64,000 nt of DNA from Octopus vulgaris (lineage: Eukaryota), in contig OX597835.1 of the NCBI GenBank assembly GCA_951406725.2, positions 29,202,001-29,266,000 on the forward strand, in the 5' to 3' direction. Positions 1 through 13,359 of this stretch are shown one piece after another (position 1 is the first letter of the stretch; each line of letters begins with the position of its first letter). The notes beneath the pieces are model-generated. The model had not been told where the DNA came from. It saw only the letters and a program-made list of their open reading frames with translations, and made no database searches. The translations under genes were made by a program, and so were the position numbers.

Positions 1-513
1 GAAGAAGAAGAAGAAGAAGAAGACGAAGAAGAAGAAGAAGAAGGAGAGGAGGAGGAGGAAAGGAGGAGAAGAAGAAGAAGGAGAAGAAGAAGAAGAAGGA
101 GGAGGAGGAGGAGAAGAAGAAGAAGAAGAAGAAGACGAAGAAGAAGAAGAAGGAGGAGAGGAGGAGGAGGAGGAGGAGAAGAAGAAGAAGAAGAAGAAGA
201 AGAAGAAGAAGAAGAAGAAGAAGAAGAAGAAGAAGAAGGAGAGGAGGAGGAGGAGGAGGAGAGGAGAAGAAGAAGAAGAAGAAGAAGAAGGAGAAGAGGA
301 GGAGGAGAGGAGGAGAAGAAGAAGAAGGAGGAGGAGGAGAAGAAGAAGAAGAAGAAGAAGAAGAAGAAGAAAAAGGAGGAGGAAGAGCAGGAGGAGAGGA
401 GGAAGAATAAGAAGAAGAAGGAGGAGGAGGAGGAGGAGAAGAAGAAGAAGAAGAAGAAGAAGAAGAAGAAGAAGAAGAAGAAGAAGAAGAAGAAGAAGAA
501 GAAGAAGAAGAAG
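1..513. repeat. (GAA)n/(GAG)n purine-only triplet microsatellite
   Basis: Directly visible GAA/GAG triplets running off the window start. Confidence 0.98.
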
Positions 514-1020
514 ATATACTATCGACTTATGAATGCATAAAAATCTCAGTTGAGTTACTCCGATGTGAACGGAACTGTGGTCAAGAGAACTCGCTGGGTT
601 ATTATATGGAGATGCTTTAAAAGTCTGTACTTACGACTTGCTCATATTCTGTTCTAGATTTTTTTCTGTTTTCAGAAATATCCATTTTCTCAGATATGAT
701 ACTTTTGAAAAACATAAAATTGAACAAGACAAAATATGAAAGTAGTTTTGCAAATGATGTTTACAACAAACATACAAACGCCGATTGTTATAGATCAGGT
801 GGCTTCATTAGATTTAACCTAAATCTAAACACTGATGACGTCAACAACAATAACAATTTCAATAAAAACATCGATAACAAAAACAACACCACCACCACCA
901 CCACGACCAACAACAACAACAATAGCCGGATACTGAGGTACTCCGTTACGTAACCAAACAACTTGGCTCATTCACTAACGTCCTTATGACAGGACTTAAT
1001 ATCATTATGGGAATGATTAT

Positions 1021-1215
1021 AAAGCGGTGAGTTGGCAGACTCGTTAGCGGCATTTCGCCCGTTTTTACGTTCTGAGTTCAAATTCTGCCGAGGTCGACAT
1101 TGCCTTTCATCATTTCGGGGTAGATTTAATTAAGTACCTGTTGAATACTGGGGTCGATGTAATCGACTTGCCCCTTCCCCCAAAATTTAAAGCTTTGTCC
1201 CTATAATAGAAAGGA
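1021..1215 (+). mobile_element. tRNA-derived SINE family A (MetaSINE-like core), diverged copy
   Basis: A-box-like TGGCAGACTCGTT, B-box-like GAGTTCAAATTC, then GCCTTTCATC.TTTCGGGGT core shared with many copies in the window. Confidence 0.8.
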
Positions 1216-1312
1216 TTATTATTATTAGTAGTAATATTTTATAGGACTGAGGTAACTCCACTAGGTATACAGAAGCAAAAAACGAAGAGTGCCATTGTTA
1301 TCAAGTGAGCGA

Positions 1313-1364
<52 letters not shown>

Positions 1365-1436
1365 TGTTGTTGTAGTAGTAGTAGTAATAGTAGCAACATC
1401 ATCATCATCATTCTTCTTCTTCTTTTTCTTCTTTTT

Positions 1437-1467
<31 letters not shown>

Positions 1468-1470
1468 TTC

Positions 1471-1531
<61 letters not shown>

Positions 1532-1538
1532 CATCAAA

Positions 1539-1935
1539 GGCGGCGAGCTGGCAGAAACGTTAGCAGGCCGGGCGGGGTGCTTAGCGGTATTTCGTCCGCC
1601 ACTGCGTTCCGAGTTCAAATTCCGCCGAGGTCGACTTTGCCTTTCATCCTTTCGGGGTCTATAAATTAAGTACCAGTTACGCACTGGGGTCGATATAATC
1701 GACTTAATCCGTTTGTCTGTCCTTGTTTGTCTTCTCTGTGTGTAGCCCTTTGTGGGCAGTAAAGAAATAGGTATTTCGTCTGTCTTTATGTTCTGATTTC
1801 AAATTCCGCCGAGGTCGACTTTGCCTTTTATGCTTTCGGGGTCGATAAATTAGGTACCTGTTGTGTACTGGAGTCGATCGAATGGACTGACCCCACTCCC
1901 CAAAAAATTTCGGGCCTTGTGCCTGGAGTAGAGTA
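1539..1935 (+). mobile_element. SINE family A, composite copy with partially duplicated body
   Basis: GGCGGCGAGCTGGCAGAAACGTTAG...GAGTTCAAATTCCGCCGAGGTCGACTTTGCCTTTCATCCTTTCGGGGTC; body repeated at ~1770-1935; follows an (ATT)n tract. Confidence 0.88.
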
Positions 1936-1973
1936 GATTTTTGTTATAATTATTGTTGTTGTTGTTGCTGTTA

Positions 1974-2175
1974 AGGCGGCGTGCTGAGAGAATCGTTAAG
2001 TCGCCGGGCGAAATGTTTAGCAGTATCTTCGTCCGGCCTTACGTTCTGGGTTTTAAAAATTCCGCCGATTTTGCCTTTCATCTTTTCGGGGTCAACAGAT
2101 TAAGTACTAGTGGATTACTGAGGTCGATGTAATCGACTACTTCATCCCTACCGATTTGTTCCTATAGTAGAAAGA
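1974..2175 (+). mobile_element. SINE family A, diverged copy
   Basis: Same head and core as 1539-1935. Confidence 0.75.
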
Positions 2176-2252
2176 ATCGCTGTGGTTTGACTGCAATGTG
2201 GTGGCTTAGTTAGAGCGACGGGCACGATGTTTAGTGACCTTTTGCTCCGAAA

Positions 2253-2324
<72 letters not shown>

Positions 2325-2565
2325 TTCAGCCAAAGACGAAACGAACTTGATATCTAAAGAAGACAATATATGAGTCTAATATAACTGGAGACCAACTCGT
2401 TATATTCAGCAGAATTATTCTCTTCGTGAAGATACTAGGCTTTGCCTAATTTAGCGAGAGCGGAGTTTCCTTCCTACAGCATTAAATCTGGGAAATATGT
2501 GGGTGTGTGTGTGCGTGTGTGGGTGTGTGAATGTCTATATATACGAATGTATATACATATATAAA

Positions 2566-2608
<43 letters not shown>

Positions 2609-2633
2609 ATATGTATGTCTATACATATATAAA

Positions 2634-2721
<88 letters not shown>

Positions 2722-2869
2722 AACACACATTATAGATATTCCTCATGCGCATATGCATGCATCTATACATCTCTCTACATAACAACATAGCAATGTATGT
2801 ATTTATTTATAACTATATTGAATTTATTGTCAACTTATTTAAGCGGTTGCACCCAGACATGTAGCCTCG

Positions 2870-3910
2870 GGTCATTTTTAACGGAGAATTTTCTGACGAA
2901 ATTCCGCTGACAATGGAATGAGACAAGGCGACTCTCCTACTCCAACACTTTTCAATATTCTTTACTGTCCTGCTTATGCACGCATTCTGTGGTTGTGATA
3001 AAGGTGTCTTCTAGCAGCTCAAAATTACCGGAAGCGTCTTCAGTTTGAGATGGTTCAACTTCAAGGCGGAAACGTTTAAAACTTTAATCAGGGAACTTAA
3101 AATAAGTCTGAAAAAAAAAACATAATAAAGTAATATTCTCACCTGCACTAAGTGAACCGTATATCGAACCTGATATCGTTGTATACATTACAAGATCGGA
3201 TGTAGTTGACACTCTTGTTTACCTAAGCGGTACGCTGCCGAGAGATGGCGCTCTAGGTACGGCAATAAATCTACACATTCAGAAAGCTTCTGTAGCATTT
3301 GGTTAGCTTGAGAAACCAAGCTGAGCGTTTACAAGGCCTGCGAACGGACGACTCTGTTGTGCTCTTCTGAACCATGAACAGTAAACCGTAAGCTTCTCAA
3401 GCAGATTGAGCGCTTTCATCAAAAATGTTTGACACATAGTCGACATCAAGTGAAAAAGTAAAACAACTGACACAGATGTTTTTTGCAAAGACGCGATACA
3501 CAAGCATCCAGTCACTCCTCATATCTACTCAGGTGCTTTGGGCAGGCCGTGTTGTGCGTTTGGAAGATAATAAGGTGCCAAATTAGTTGCCTGCACGGGA
3601 GAGTATCCTCAGTATAAACCACAAAACTAGGTACAAAAAATGTTTAAAGAGCAACCTAAAAGAACTGCAGATCAATGCAAAGAACTGGAAAGAACTCACT
3701 TGGGAAAAGGTCGAGTGGAGGGAGCGTATAAGGGAAGGTTGTAAAATTTTGGATAGGGACACCTTGAACGCAAAGTACAAAGCCTTGGCTACGGAGGGGC
3801 TGTCATCAGAACTACAAGGATAGCATAAAGTATTGGGAGTGTGAACTCTGTGGCCCTGTACTCCTTTTCAAGGCTGGGTATGTCAGCATCTGAAGTCCCA
3901 TGAAAAATCA
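2870..3910 (+). mobile_element. Degenerate RTE-clade LINE (RT to C-terminus), 5' truncated
   Basis: Broken frames read GMRQGDSPTPTLFNI (RT), KTRYKKCLKSNLK...WRERIREG, and a terminal C..C zinc-finger-like segment; many stops and frameshifts. Confidence 0.75.
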
Positions 3911-4379
3911 ACTGTATGTAACGTCGTCCTTCCTCTGTGATCGCATGTTTTGACGTTGGTAGTGTGTGAGAGGGGCTTGCAAGTGAATTTCTAGTCTGAA
4001 AAGACATGTAGAGGTTCGCAGAGATCGTGTTTGACAAAGTAAACCGATCAATCCAGTAGACGTTAAAACTTTCGTCTGTCTCGTATGCTTCAAACCAAGC
4101 AGATCTTCAGCGGGACTGAATAATCAATGTGAGTGGCCGTAGACAGGAGCTAAGAAATGCTATTGACTAAATGAAGAGCCTCAGAAAGACGACAATCAAC
4201 TCTGAAGATGGTGCAATCACTCTCTCTCTCTCTCTCTCTCTCCTCCTTTCTCCCCCATTCTCTCCTTCTCTGTTTCTCTCTTTCTATACATATACAGATA
4301 TATATACACACATAAATGTGTGTGTGTGTGAATATATAAAACGCCCCCCGTCCAATGGACGGTGCTGAGTTGTCAAACA

Positions 4380-4679
4380 TTTAAACGAAATCTTCTCAAA
4401 ACAACTTGTCCGACCGTCCCATAGGCCGTCCCTTTGAGAAACACTGATTTAACCTAAATTTGGGACACCTGCAAAAGAAGAAATAAAGATTTTTTCTATT
4501 CCAAAGAATGATTTATCGATTGCATTCTCACCTGGAATCGATTTTGTAAATTTTTTCAAGACTTATACACGCCCTGATACCGTCGGTATCTACATGTCAA
4601 GTTTGAGTGCAATGGGATGGAGGATGCCCGAGATCCTAGAAGACACACAGACAGACAGAACAGATTTTATATAATAGAT
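4380..4679 (-). mobile_element. Non-autonomous Helitron-like fragment (5' end)
   Basis: Minus strand starts A|TCTATTATATAAAA followed by (CTGT)n, like the 5' end of the Helitron at 6286-6681; no CTAG end found. Confidence 0.5.
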
Positions 4680-4777
4680 ATACGTAAATATATACGTATA
4701 TGTACATATATATATATTCGTATATATACATGTGCATATGTATATATGTGTGTGTTGTGTGTGTGTTTATAAATATG

Positions 4778-4834
<57 letters not shown>

Positions 4835-5479
4835 GTATGTATGGCCGCAGCTCTGAGCTGAAACTAGAAAAAAAAATATATATATATATTAATAAATATA
4901 TATTATGTACACACGCACACACACATATGGTAACTATTTTTCCACTATAACATAACTGTTCTATAAAGAACTATGTTACTTCGTTTTAACCCCAGGAAAA
5001 TTAGAAGGTACCGCACGAGTGAAGATATATAGGGAAGAGGATTTGAAAATGAAGATGTTTATTAACTTGACCGGTTTCACTTGTTTAAAAACTGATTTTC
5101 AAAACTAAAGTGCAAGGCTTTGTGTAGCCTTTGTGGTGTAAAAGATTATTTACCATAGATGTATCAAAATACAGTGATAGAGTCTTTGACAAAGATGATA
5201 AAATGCTAAGAAATAGAATCGTTGACAATGATAAGAAAAAGTTAAGAGAGTTTTTGTGTTTAAACTGTTTACATAAAATGTTCAAAATAGACAGTAAAAT
5301 AAGTTCATAATTGTTTATAAGTTCATCAGAAATCATAATTGCTTATAAGGATTTTTAGAGGAATGACCAACCCTTTATTCTTCATCTCCAGTCTTGTATG
5401 TATTTTGATTCCTTGCCTTAATTCACAAATACATCCACTAATGCGGTGTTGAGTCCTTATTCTATCGTTCGACATGTAC

Positions 5480-5519
<40 letters not shown>

Positions 5520-5625
5520 GCATATACATACACACAAGGGCATGAGCATTGTGTAAATACACATAAAAATGTAAAGAAACGTGTAAAACAGAAATATCTA
5601 CACATGTAACTAGATTAGTTAGAGT

Positions 5626-5812
5626 GATGCTCCGCAAGCGGCATGTCCCGGCACACTGGAAGGCCATGAGATGATGCTGGATGTGCCGTAGTGTAGCATG
5701 AATATAGTTATTTTCTCTATACTTTTTGTTATACTTTAAGTTCAAGTGTGCCGCTGAATTTTGAAAAGAATATAAGTGTGCCGCGGGTGAAAAACTGGTT
5801 GCGGAGTACTAG
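5626..5812. mobile_element. hAT (Charlie-like) MITE
   Basis: Imperfect TIRs TGCTCCGCAA / TTGCGGAGTA with subterminal GTGTGCCGC motifs typical of Charlie-type MITEs. Confidence 0.5.
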
Positions 5813-5847
5813 GTTAAAGTGGCATCACACTAGCACTCTATTACCAA

Positions 5848-6275
5848 TTCACACACACACGCACACACATACACGCGAAAACACAGACTCATGCATGCAC
5901 ACACATACACACACGCGCACACACACACGTACACATACACACACAGGCATATACGCGCACACACACACACACTACGCGTACACACGCACACACACACACA
6001 CTCAAATTACATACACACACGCGCACTCAAATTACATACACACACGCACACACACATGCACGCACACACACATACACACACATGTACACACACACACATA
6101 CACACACATAGACACGCGCATACACACATAAATACACGCACACACGCACACATATGCACGCACACACACATTCACACACATGCATACACACGCACACACA
6201 CACATAAACACACGCACACACATTCACACACACATATAAACACACTCACACACATGCTCACACACACGCACATAT
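5848..6275. repeat. Degenerate (CA)n microsatellite
   Basis: Visible CA/CG/TA dinucleotide run; source of the HT-rich ORFs. Confidence 0.95.
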
Positions 6276-6285
6276 TTATTAATTA

Positions 6286-6681
6286 CTAGCAGTATCGCCT
6301 GGCGTTGCTCGGGTTTGTAAGGGAAATAACTATGTAAGCATTTTTAGAGAGTTATAGCCAAAAAATAGCAAAAAAATGCATTAAAAATGGAAAAAAAATT
6401 ATGGTAATTTTTTTTTTAAATCGTTGACTATTCGTAGACATTTTTAGAGAGTTACTTCCCTTATATAATAGCGAAAAATGCATTAAAATGGAAAAAATGA
6501 TGGTAATTTTTTTTTTTAATCGTAGACTCATCTTAGACGCGCGCTAATACCCAGAAGGGCTCGATATGAATCACGACTATAAGATACCCGGTTTTGGTTA
6601 AACTGCACCGCAAAATGTGGGAGTAGTTAGGAATCTAAATCGTAGGAGACAGACACACAACTTGACTTTTATATATAAAGA
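6286..6681 (-). mobile_element. Complete non-autonomous Helitron
   Basis: Minus strand: 5' TC at 6681-6680, 3' imperfect hairpin CCCGAGCAACGCCAGG then CTAG (6289-6286); inserted between A and T with no TSD. Confidence 0.82.
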
Positions 6682-6819
6682 TAAACGATACCCACACATA
6701 CAGAAATATAAAGAAAACTAAAAAGCAGAAACGAAAAGCACGAAACGAATAAGAAACAAAAAAGGCATCTGTTTTGATTTTTGTTAGTTTTCAAGCTTTC
6801 ATTGAAACCATTTTGGAAG

Positions 6820-7221
6820 GATAGAAAGAGAGAGAGAAAGAAAGAAAGTTGAGGAAAGAAGGAACGAGCGAATGAAAGAAAGAAAGAATTAATAATTGAA
6901 TAAATGAATGAATGAATAAAGAAAGGAAGAAAGAAAGAAGGAATGCTAAGAAGGAGAGAAAGAGAGAGAGAAAGAAAGAAAGTTGAGGAAAGAAGGAACG
7001 AGCGAATGAAAGAAAGAAAGAATTAATAATTGAATAAATGAATGAATGAATAAAGAAAGGAAGAAAGAAAGAAGGAATGCTAAGAAGGAGAGAAAGAGAG
7101 AGAGAAAGAAAGAAAGTTGAGGAAAGAAGGAACGAGCGAATGAATTTAAAGAAAGAATTAATAATTGAATAAATGAATTAATGAATAAAGAAAGGAAGAA
7201 AGAAGGAATGCGAAGAAGGAG

Positions 7222-7259
<38 letters not shown>

Positions 7260-7956
7260 GAGAGGAAAGAAGGAACGAGCGAATGAAAGAAAGAAAGAAA
7301 GAAAGGAAGAAAGAAAGAATTGAATGAATGAATGAATGAATGAATTCAGTAAGAAAGAAAGAAAGATAGATAGAAGGAAAGAAGGAAAAGGGAAGAAGGA
7401 AACAACGGAAGTAAGGAAGACGGATGGGGAAAAAAGTAAGACAGAGAGAAAGAAGGAAAGAAAAGGAGGGGAGGGAGGAAAGAAAGAAAGAAAGAAAGAC
7501 GGAAGGGGAAGAAGGTAAGACAGAAAGAAAGAAGGAAGGAAGGAAGAAAAGAAAGAGGAGGAAAGAAAGAAAGGAAGACGAAAGGGGAAGAAGGTAAGAA
7601 AGAAAGAAAGAAAGAAGGGGGAAGACGGGACAAAGGAACGGACGAAAGAAAGAATGAGTTGATAAAAGAATGAATGAATAAATCAATATAAATGAAGAAA
7701 GAAAGAAAGAAAGAAAGAATGAAAGAATGAGAGAAGGAAGGTGAAGAAAGAATAAAAGAAGGAAAGAAACAAGGGGAAAATAAGAAAGGAACGAATGAAA
7801 GAAAGAATGAATGAAAAAGAAAGTGAAAGAAAGGAAAGAAAAAACGAACGAACGAACGAAGAAGGGAAGAAAGACAAAGAAAGAATGGAGAATGAAAGAA
7901 AACAGAAAGAATAGAGTGTCGGAAAGAAAGAAGGAAAAAGAAGAAGGAAGGAAGGA

Positions 7957-7988
<32 letters not shown>

Positions 7989-8270
7989 AGGAAAGGGGTA
8001 GGGAAGAGGGAACGAGGTAAGAAAGAAAGAATGAAAGAATGAAAAGAAGTAATGCAGAACGCCAGAAAACAGAGAGAGTAAACGCGACGAAGAGGAAAGA
8101 AAAAGAAAGAAAGAAAGAAAAATAGAAAGAAAGAAAGGAAGAGGGAGAGGAAAGAAAGGAAAGAAACGAAACGAAGAAAGAACAATGACAGGAAAAGCGA
8201 AACTAGACTGAAATGTAAAAAAGAAACAAATGAAAAACAGGAAGGAGAGTTTAAAAGAAGAATTTCTTGA
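6820..8270. repeat. Polypurine (GAAA/GAAG) tract including a ~135-bp tandem repeat x3
   Basis: Unit containing AAAGTTGAGGAAAGAAGGAACGAGCGAATG recurs at ~6845, ~6980 and ~7115. Confidence 0.92.
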
Positions 8271-8326
8271 AAAATTGGAATTGAAAGGAATATTCTAAAA
8301 TACCATCAGAATTAAACATAATTATA

Positions 8327-8403
<77 letters not shown>

Positions 8404-8529
8404 TATGTGTGTGTGTATGTGTGTGTGTACGTGTGTTTGTGCTCGTGTGTGTATGTGTGTGCGTGTGTATGTTATATCTCATATGTTAGATCCATATACA
8501 GTCACATACTGCTCGCATATATATGAGTG

Positions 8530-8985
8530 TGTTGCTTACCAACGACATGGTTTCGGGTTCAGTCCCACTGCATGGCACCTCGAGCAAGTGTTTTCTACTG
8601 TTGCCTCGGGCCGGCCAAAACCTTGTGAGTGAATTTGGTAGACGGAAACTGAAAGAAGCCTATCTTATAAATATCTTTATTGTTGTGTGTGTGTGTGTGT
8701 GTGTGTGTCTATATATATACATGTATATATATGTATATGTGTGTGTGTGTTTATGTGTGTATGTATGTGTGTATATATGTTTGTGTGTCTGTGTGTGTCC
8801 CTAAAACATCGCTTGACAACTGATGCTGGTGTGTTTACGTCCCCGTAATTTAGCAGTTCGGCCAAAGAGACCGATAGAATAAGTATTAGGCTTCCAAACA
8901 ATAAGTTCTAGAATCGATTTGCTGGACTAACTGCAGTGCTCCAGTATGGTCGCAGTCAAATGACTGAAACAAGTAAGAGAATAAA
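8530..8985 (+). mobile_element. CORE-type tRNA SINE family B (octopus OR-like) with internal microsatellite
   Basis: B-box GGTTCAGTCCC, CORE-like CCTYGRGCAAGTG, internal (TG/TA)n, 3' tail GCTCCAGTATGGTCGCAGTCAAATGACTGAAACAAG. Confidence 0.85.
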
Positions 8986-9014
8986 AGAACAATATATATA
9001 TATATACACACATA

Positions 9015-10276
9015 TCGGGTGCGGTGAATAAACTGTCGTCTAAATTACCCAAAAATGAAGATAACACTGGCCTCTCATTTCAACAAATATATTTACCAAA
9101 ATTACATAGAAATATCTTTAAATACCAGAGAGTAAATTTATTCAATAAAATCGCCATTGGCTTCAACCACAGCCTCCAGACGACTTCGGAATCTTCTGCA
9201 TCTTTTCTGGACGGTCTCCTTGTCTAAGTTGGTGAATACTGCCATAATCCTTGCCTTCAGTTCGTCTTTGGTGTTAGAAGTTTTGTTGGCCTCTCTCTCA
9301 ACTGCGCCCCACACATAATGATCAAGGGGTTACAATCTGGGGAGTTAGGTGGCCAGATGTTAGGGGGTGATGGGGTTGCAGAAATTATCTGACAGCCATA
9401 ACTGGGTTCTCCTGCTTCTGTGGCATGGTGCAGAGTCCTGTTACCAGACGTAAGATATTCTAGTATCTACTCTCTTCACCTAAGGCAGAACTATCTCCCC
9501 CAGACACTTGATGTAGGTCTCCATGTTGGGTCGGAGGCAGTGTGGGGAAATGAATGGAGGCATAACTTCGCCATCACTAGTGATCATTCCAAACAACATA
9601 CTGTTGACTGAATATTTGATTTTTATCACTCTCGATGGCTTGCCGTGTTTTGGGATCGCGGCAAGCCATCACTTTTCATGTGTGTTCACCATCTGATCCT
9701 GGTAGAAATCTTTCTCGTCTGACAAAAACTAAAGCATGTTTGGTAGGAGGAGATGCTTCAGTTTGCCCTTGATGGCTTGGGATAAGAATTGGCCCTTTCT
9801 CATCTTGTATGATGAATACCGAATGTCTTCATGCACTGCCTGCCTGATAAAAAAACTCAGACACTCCCATGTCCCTTGCGATGGATCTGATTGATTTGGA
9901 GGGATTGTTGTCAATTATGGCCGGGATCTCACCAACAAATTCAGTTCTTTTCGTATCAGAACGATCAGAGCAAGTTTTCCAAGCTGCCGTACCTTCGTAA
10001 TCTCCATTAGTCTCATCCATATCTTTCCGAATCCCCTGCACCATCCTCAGATTGACACATAAACAATCTGAAATGGAGCTTCAGGTGCGAAAGCTGAACA
10101 GTACAGAATGTCGCTTCCAAATTTCTGGCAGAGCCAATTGTGTAATGGTGTTTTTCTCACAGACAGTAGCCAATTGATTCTACTATACTGTGTAGTAGAC
10201 AAAATCAAACTAAAACAATGCGTATGCGCAAAATTAAAAGTATATAAAATGGCGACAATTTACCCATCGCACGCTG
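9015..10276 (-). mobile_element. Tc1/mariner DNA transposon, DD37D (maT)-like, defective
   Basis: TA-flanked imperfect TIRs; minus-strand FSDEK, QDSAPCH and WPPNSPDCNPLD with ~37 aa between 2nd and 3rd Asp after frameshift correction. Confidence 0.85.
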
Positions 10277-10284
10277 TATGCATA

Positions 10285-10345
<61 letters not shown>

Positions 10346-10350
<5 letters not shown>

Positions 10351-10563
10351 CCGGAGTAAACACATCAATGTGAAACAAGGTGGAAAAAAGAGTACTCAAA
10401 TACCAGTGGTAGAGTAATATGCTTTATTTAAAGCAGCAGAAAATTCAACAAAATCTGTTACTCTGAGTTTCTCGTTGCCGTTCATCAGACAAACTGTCTG
10501 ATGAACGGCAACGAGAAACTCAGAGTAACAGATTTTGTTGAATTTTCTGCTGCTTTAAATAAA

Positions 10564-10564
<1 letters not shown>
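10346..10564. mobile_element. Penelope-like terminal repeat fragment folded into a perfect inverted repeat
   Basis: 70-bp perfect arms 10422-10491 / 10495-10564 with 3-nt loop; contains a hammerhead motif. Confidence 0.7.
10494..10531 (+). ncRNA. Minimal type I hammerhead ribozyme motif (mirrored on the minus strand)
   Basis: CTGT-CTGATGA-ACG GCAA CGA-GAAA-CTC A GAG-TA-ACAG: stem I CUGU/ACAG, canonical core, GUA site; stem II closing pair is an A-A mismatch. Confidence 0.7.
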
Positions 10565-10608
<44 letters not shown>

Positions 10609-10779
10609 TATACATACATGATGGTGTGTGTATGTGTGTGTGTGTACACGCACACATTCATGTACACATACATGCATAATACATACAAAAATGCATATAT
10701 ACATACATACATCCATATATACATAAATGCATACATACATTCATATATGCATACATACATATACACGTATTTTTTTTCT

Positions 10780-10979
10780 CTTTTACTTGTTTCAGTCATT
10801 TGACTGTGGCCATGCTGGAGCACCACCTTTTTAGTCGAACAAGTCGACCCAGGACTTATTCCTTGTAAGCCTAGTACTTATTCTATCGGTCTCTTTTGCC
10901 GAACCGCTAAGTTACGGGGACTTAAACACACCAGCATCGGTTGTCAAGCGATATTGGGGGGACAAACACAAACACACAA

Positions 10980-11019
<40 letters not shown>

Positions 11020-11424
11020 CTTTTTTTTTCGTTTTTTTTACTTGTTTCAGTCATTTGACTGCGGCCATGCTGGAGTACCGCCTTTAGTCGAACAAATCGA
11101 CTCTGGGACTTATTCTTTGTAAGCCCAGTACTTATTTTATCGGTCTCTTTAGCCGAACCGCTAATTGACGGGGACGTAAACACACCAGCATCGGTTTTCA
11201 AGCATTGCTAGGGGGACAAACACAGACACACAAACATATACACATACATACACATATATATATATATACATATACGACAGGCTTCTTTCAGTTTCCGTCT
11301 ACCAAATCCACTCACAAGGCATTGGTCGGCCCGGGGATATAGCAGAAGACACTTGCCCAAGATGCCACGCAGTGGGACTGAACCCGGAACCATGTGGTCG
11401 GTAAACAAGCTACTTACCACACAT

Positions 11425-11464
<40 letters not shown>

Positions 11465-11630
11465 CCGACGGGCTTCTTTCAGTTTCCGACTACCAAATCC
11501 ACTCACAAGGCTTTAGTCGGCCCGTGGCTATAGTAGAAGACACCTGCCCAAGGTGCCACGCAGTGGAAATGAATCCGGAACCATGTGGTTCGTAAGCAAG
11601 CTACTTACCACACAACCACTCCTACGCCTA
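10780..11630 (-). mobile_element. Cluster of three SINE family B copies (3' part, near-full copy, 5' part)
   Basis: Reverse complements of the 8530-8985 head and tail at ~10780-10985, ~11038-11425 and ~11465-11630. Confidence 0.88.
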
Positions 11631-12034
11631 TGTAGATAAAAATACAGTACAATGCGAAGATATGAACAACATCAATAGAAAGAAGGGGGAGAGAGACCAA
11701 CACGATGGAAGGAAAGAGGACAATTAAAAACGAACAAATATATTTCTATTATGTTTCTTTCCCAAATCAACGGAAAATCTCAACGTGTGACAAATCGGTG
11801 ATTTTGTTATCTCTCAAAACTCTGCCCATCCTTATCTCTTTCGACGGCTCTGCAAATCACACTGAGCCGGATTTCTGTATAGGGTAGTCGTAGGTTTGTA
11901 TGTATGTATGTATGTATGTATGTATGTATGTATGTATGTATGTATGTATGTATGTATGTATGTATATGTGTGTGTATGTATATGTGTGTGTATGCATGTA
12001 TGCATATACTTATGTCTGTCTGTGTGTATGTTTG

Positions 12035-12101
<67 letters not shown>

Positions 12102-12167
12102 ATATATATATATGTATGTATGCATGTATATATATAAACATGTATAAATATATATATAAATAAATAA

Positions 12168-12230
<63 letters not shown>

Positions 12231-12339
12231 CACATTTACCTTTGTATGTGAGTGTATGCATATACCATTAACGTAAGCATTTATGTGTGTATGTATATGT
12301 ATATATATGCATGTTTGAGCGTGTGTGAGTGTGTATGTA

Positions 12340-12372
<33 letters not shown>

Positions 12373-12681
12373 TTATACGTATACGTATATATACATACAC
12401 ACAGGTATACATATATATGCACTCATGTATATATGCATATATTTATACGCATATATATATACATACATACACTCATATTTGTGTGTGCTTATATATAATA
12501 TATATGTACATATTTATACATACCTGTATACACACACACACACATACACACATACACACACACCCTGCAGTGAACTTCACCTGATCTCGTTGCAGATGTC
12601 TTTAATAATTAATCATGCCATCTACTGAGAGGAAACGAAACGTAGCGCCATTACTGCATCACTGCATCATGTGATCTCTAT

Positions 12682-12756
12682 GTTGCTAGGTAACAATCAC
12701 CAATTGCCTTGGCAACGGCCGTATTACAAACCAGATGCTTGTCATTGCCTAGCTAC
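12682..12756. promoter_or_regulatory. Cluster of RFX X-box-like motifs in a non-repetitive island
   Basis: GTTGCTAGGTAAC (12682), ATTGCCTTGGCAAC (12703), ATTGCCTAGCTAC (12744), with E-box CAGATG nearby. Confidence 0.4.
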
Positions 12757-13359
12757 GGACACCTAGATCAATCTTTGCGTTCGCTCGTAGTCCAACCAAG
12801 TCTCCACCTCTTCGCTGTACACATCCCCCCACATCTTCCTACATACACACAAAGCATACATACATACGTACATACATACATGTGTGTATGTGCATGTGTG
12901 TGCGCGTGGATGTGTGTATACGCACTTTTTTTTTCAGATTCTCATAGAGATAGCAAAATCTGTAATAAGCGCCCGATTAAGGCCATCTTAATGAGTCAAA
13001 ATGCTGCTTTTCGTTTCCCATCTGCATAGTCATCGACATCTTAAATATCAATTTTAATTTACCTAACGATCACCATTTGAACACCTACAAGAAATTGGCC
13101 AAAGTAAAAGAAGAAAACAGAAGAAACAACTGTTGTGCTACATGCTTGGCAACCATTTTATTTCCCGCTTGAATGGAATTCTTGTCCTTGTGCAACGAAT
13201 GTCGTACAACTTAACCATGCTGTCGTAAATACCTGCCAACAGACGTCTTGCATTATCTGCGGTATCCTTGCGGTAACCTTACAACAAGCAATCTTTAGAG
13301 AGCTGCCAGTGTCTTGTGGTAGAAGTGGAAATGTATACCAAGTTGTGTCAGAATTGAAA

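Noticed and set aside
1539-1630. tRNA genes
   Set aside because: The A/B boxes belong to multi-copy SINE heads and no complete cloverleaf is seen.
6946-8185. Long hydrophobic F/L/S-rich ORFs resembling membrane proteins
   Set aside because: Antisense translation of the GAAA polypurine tract.
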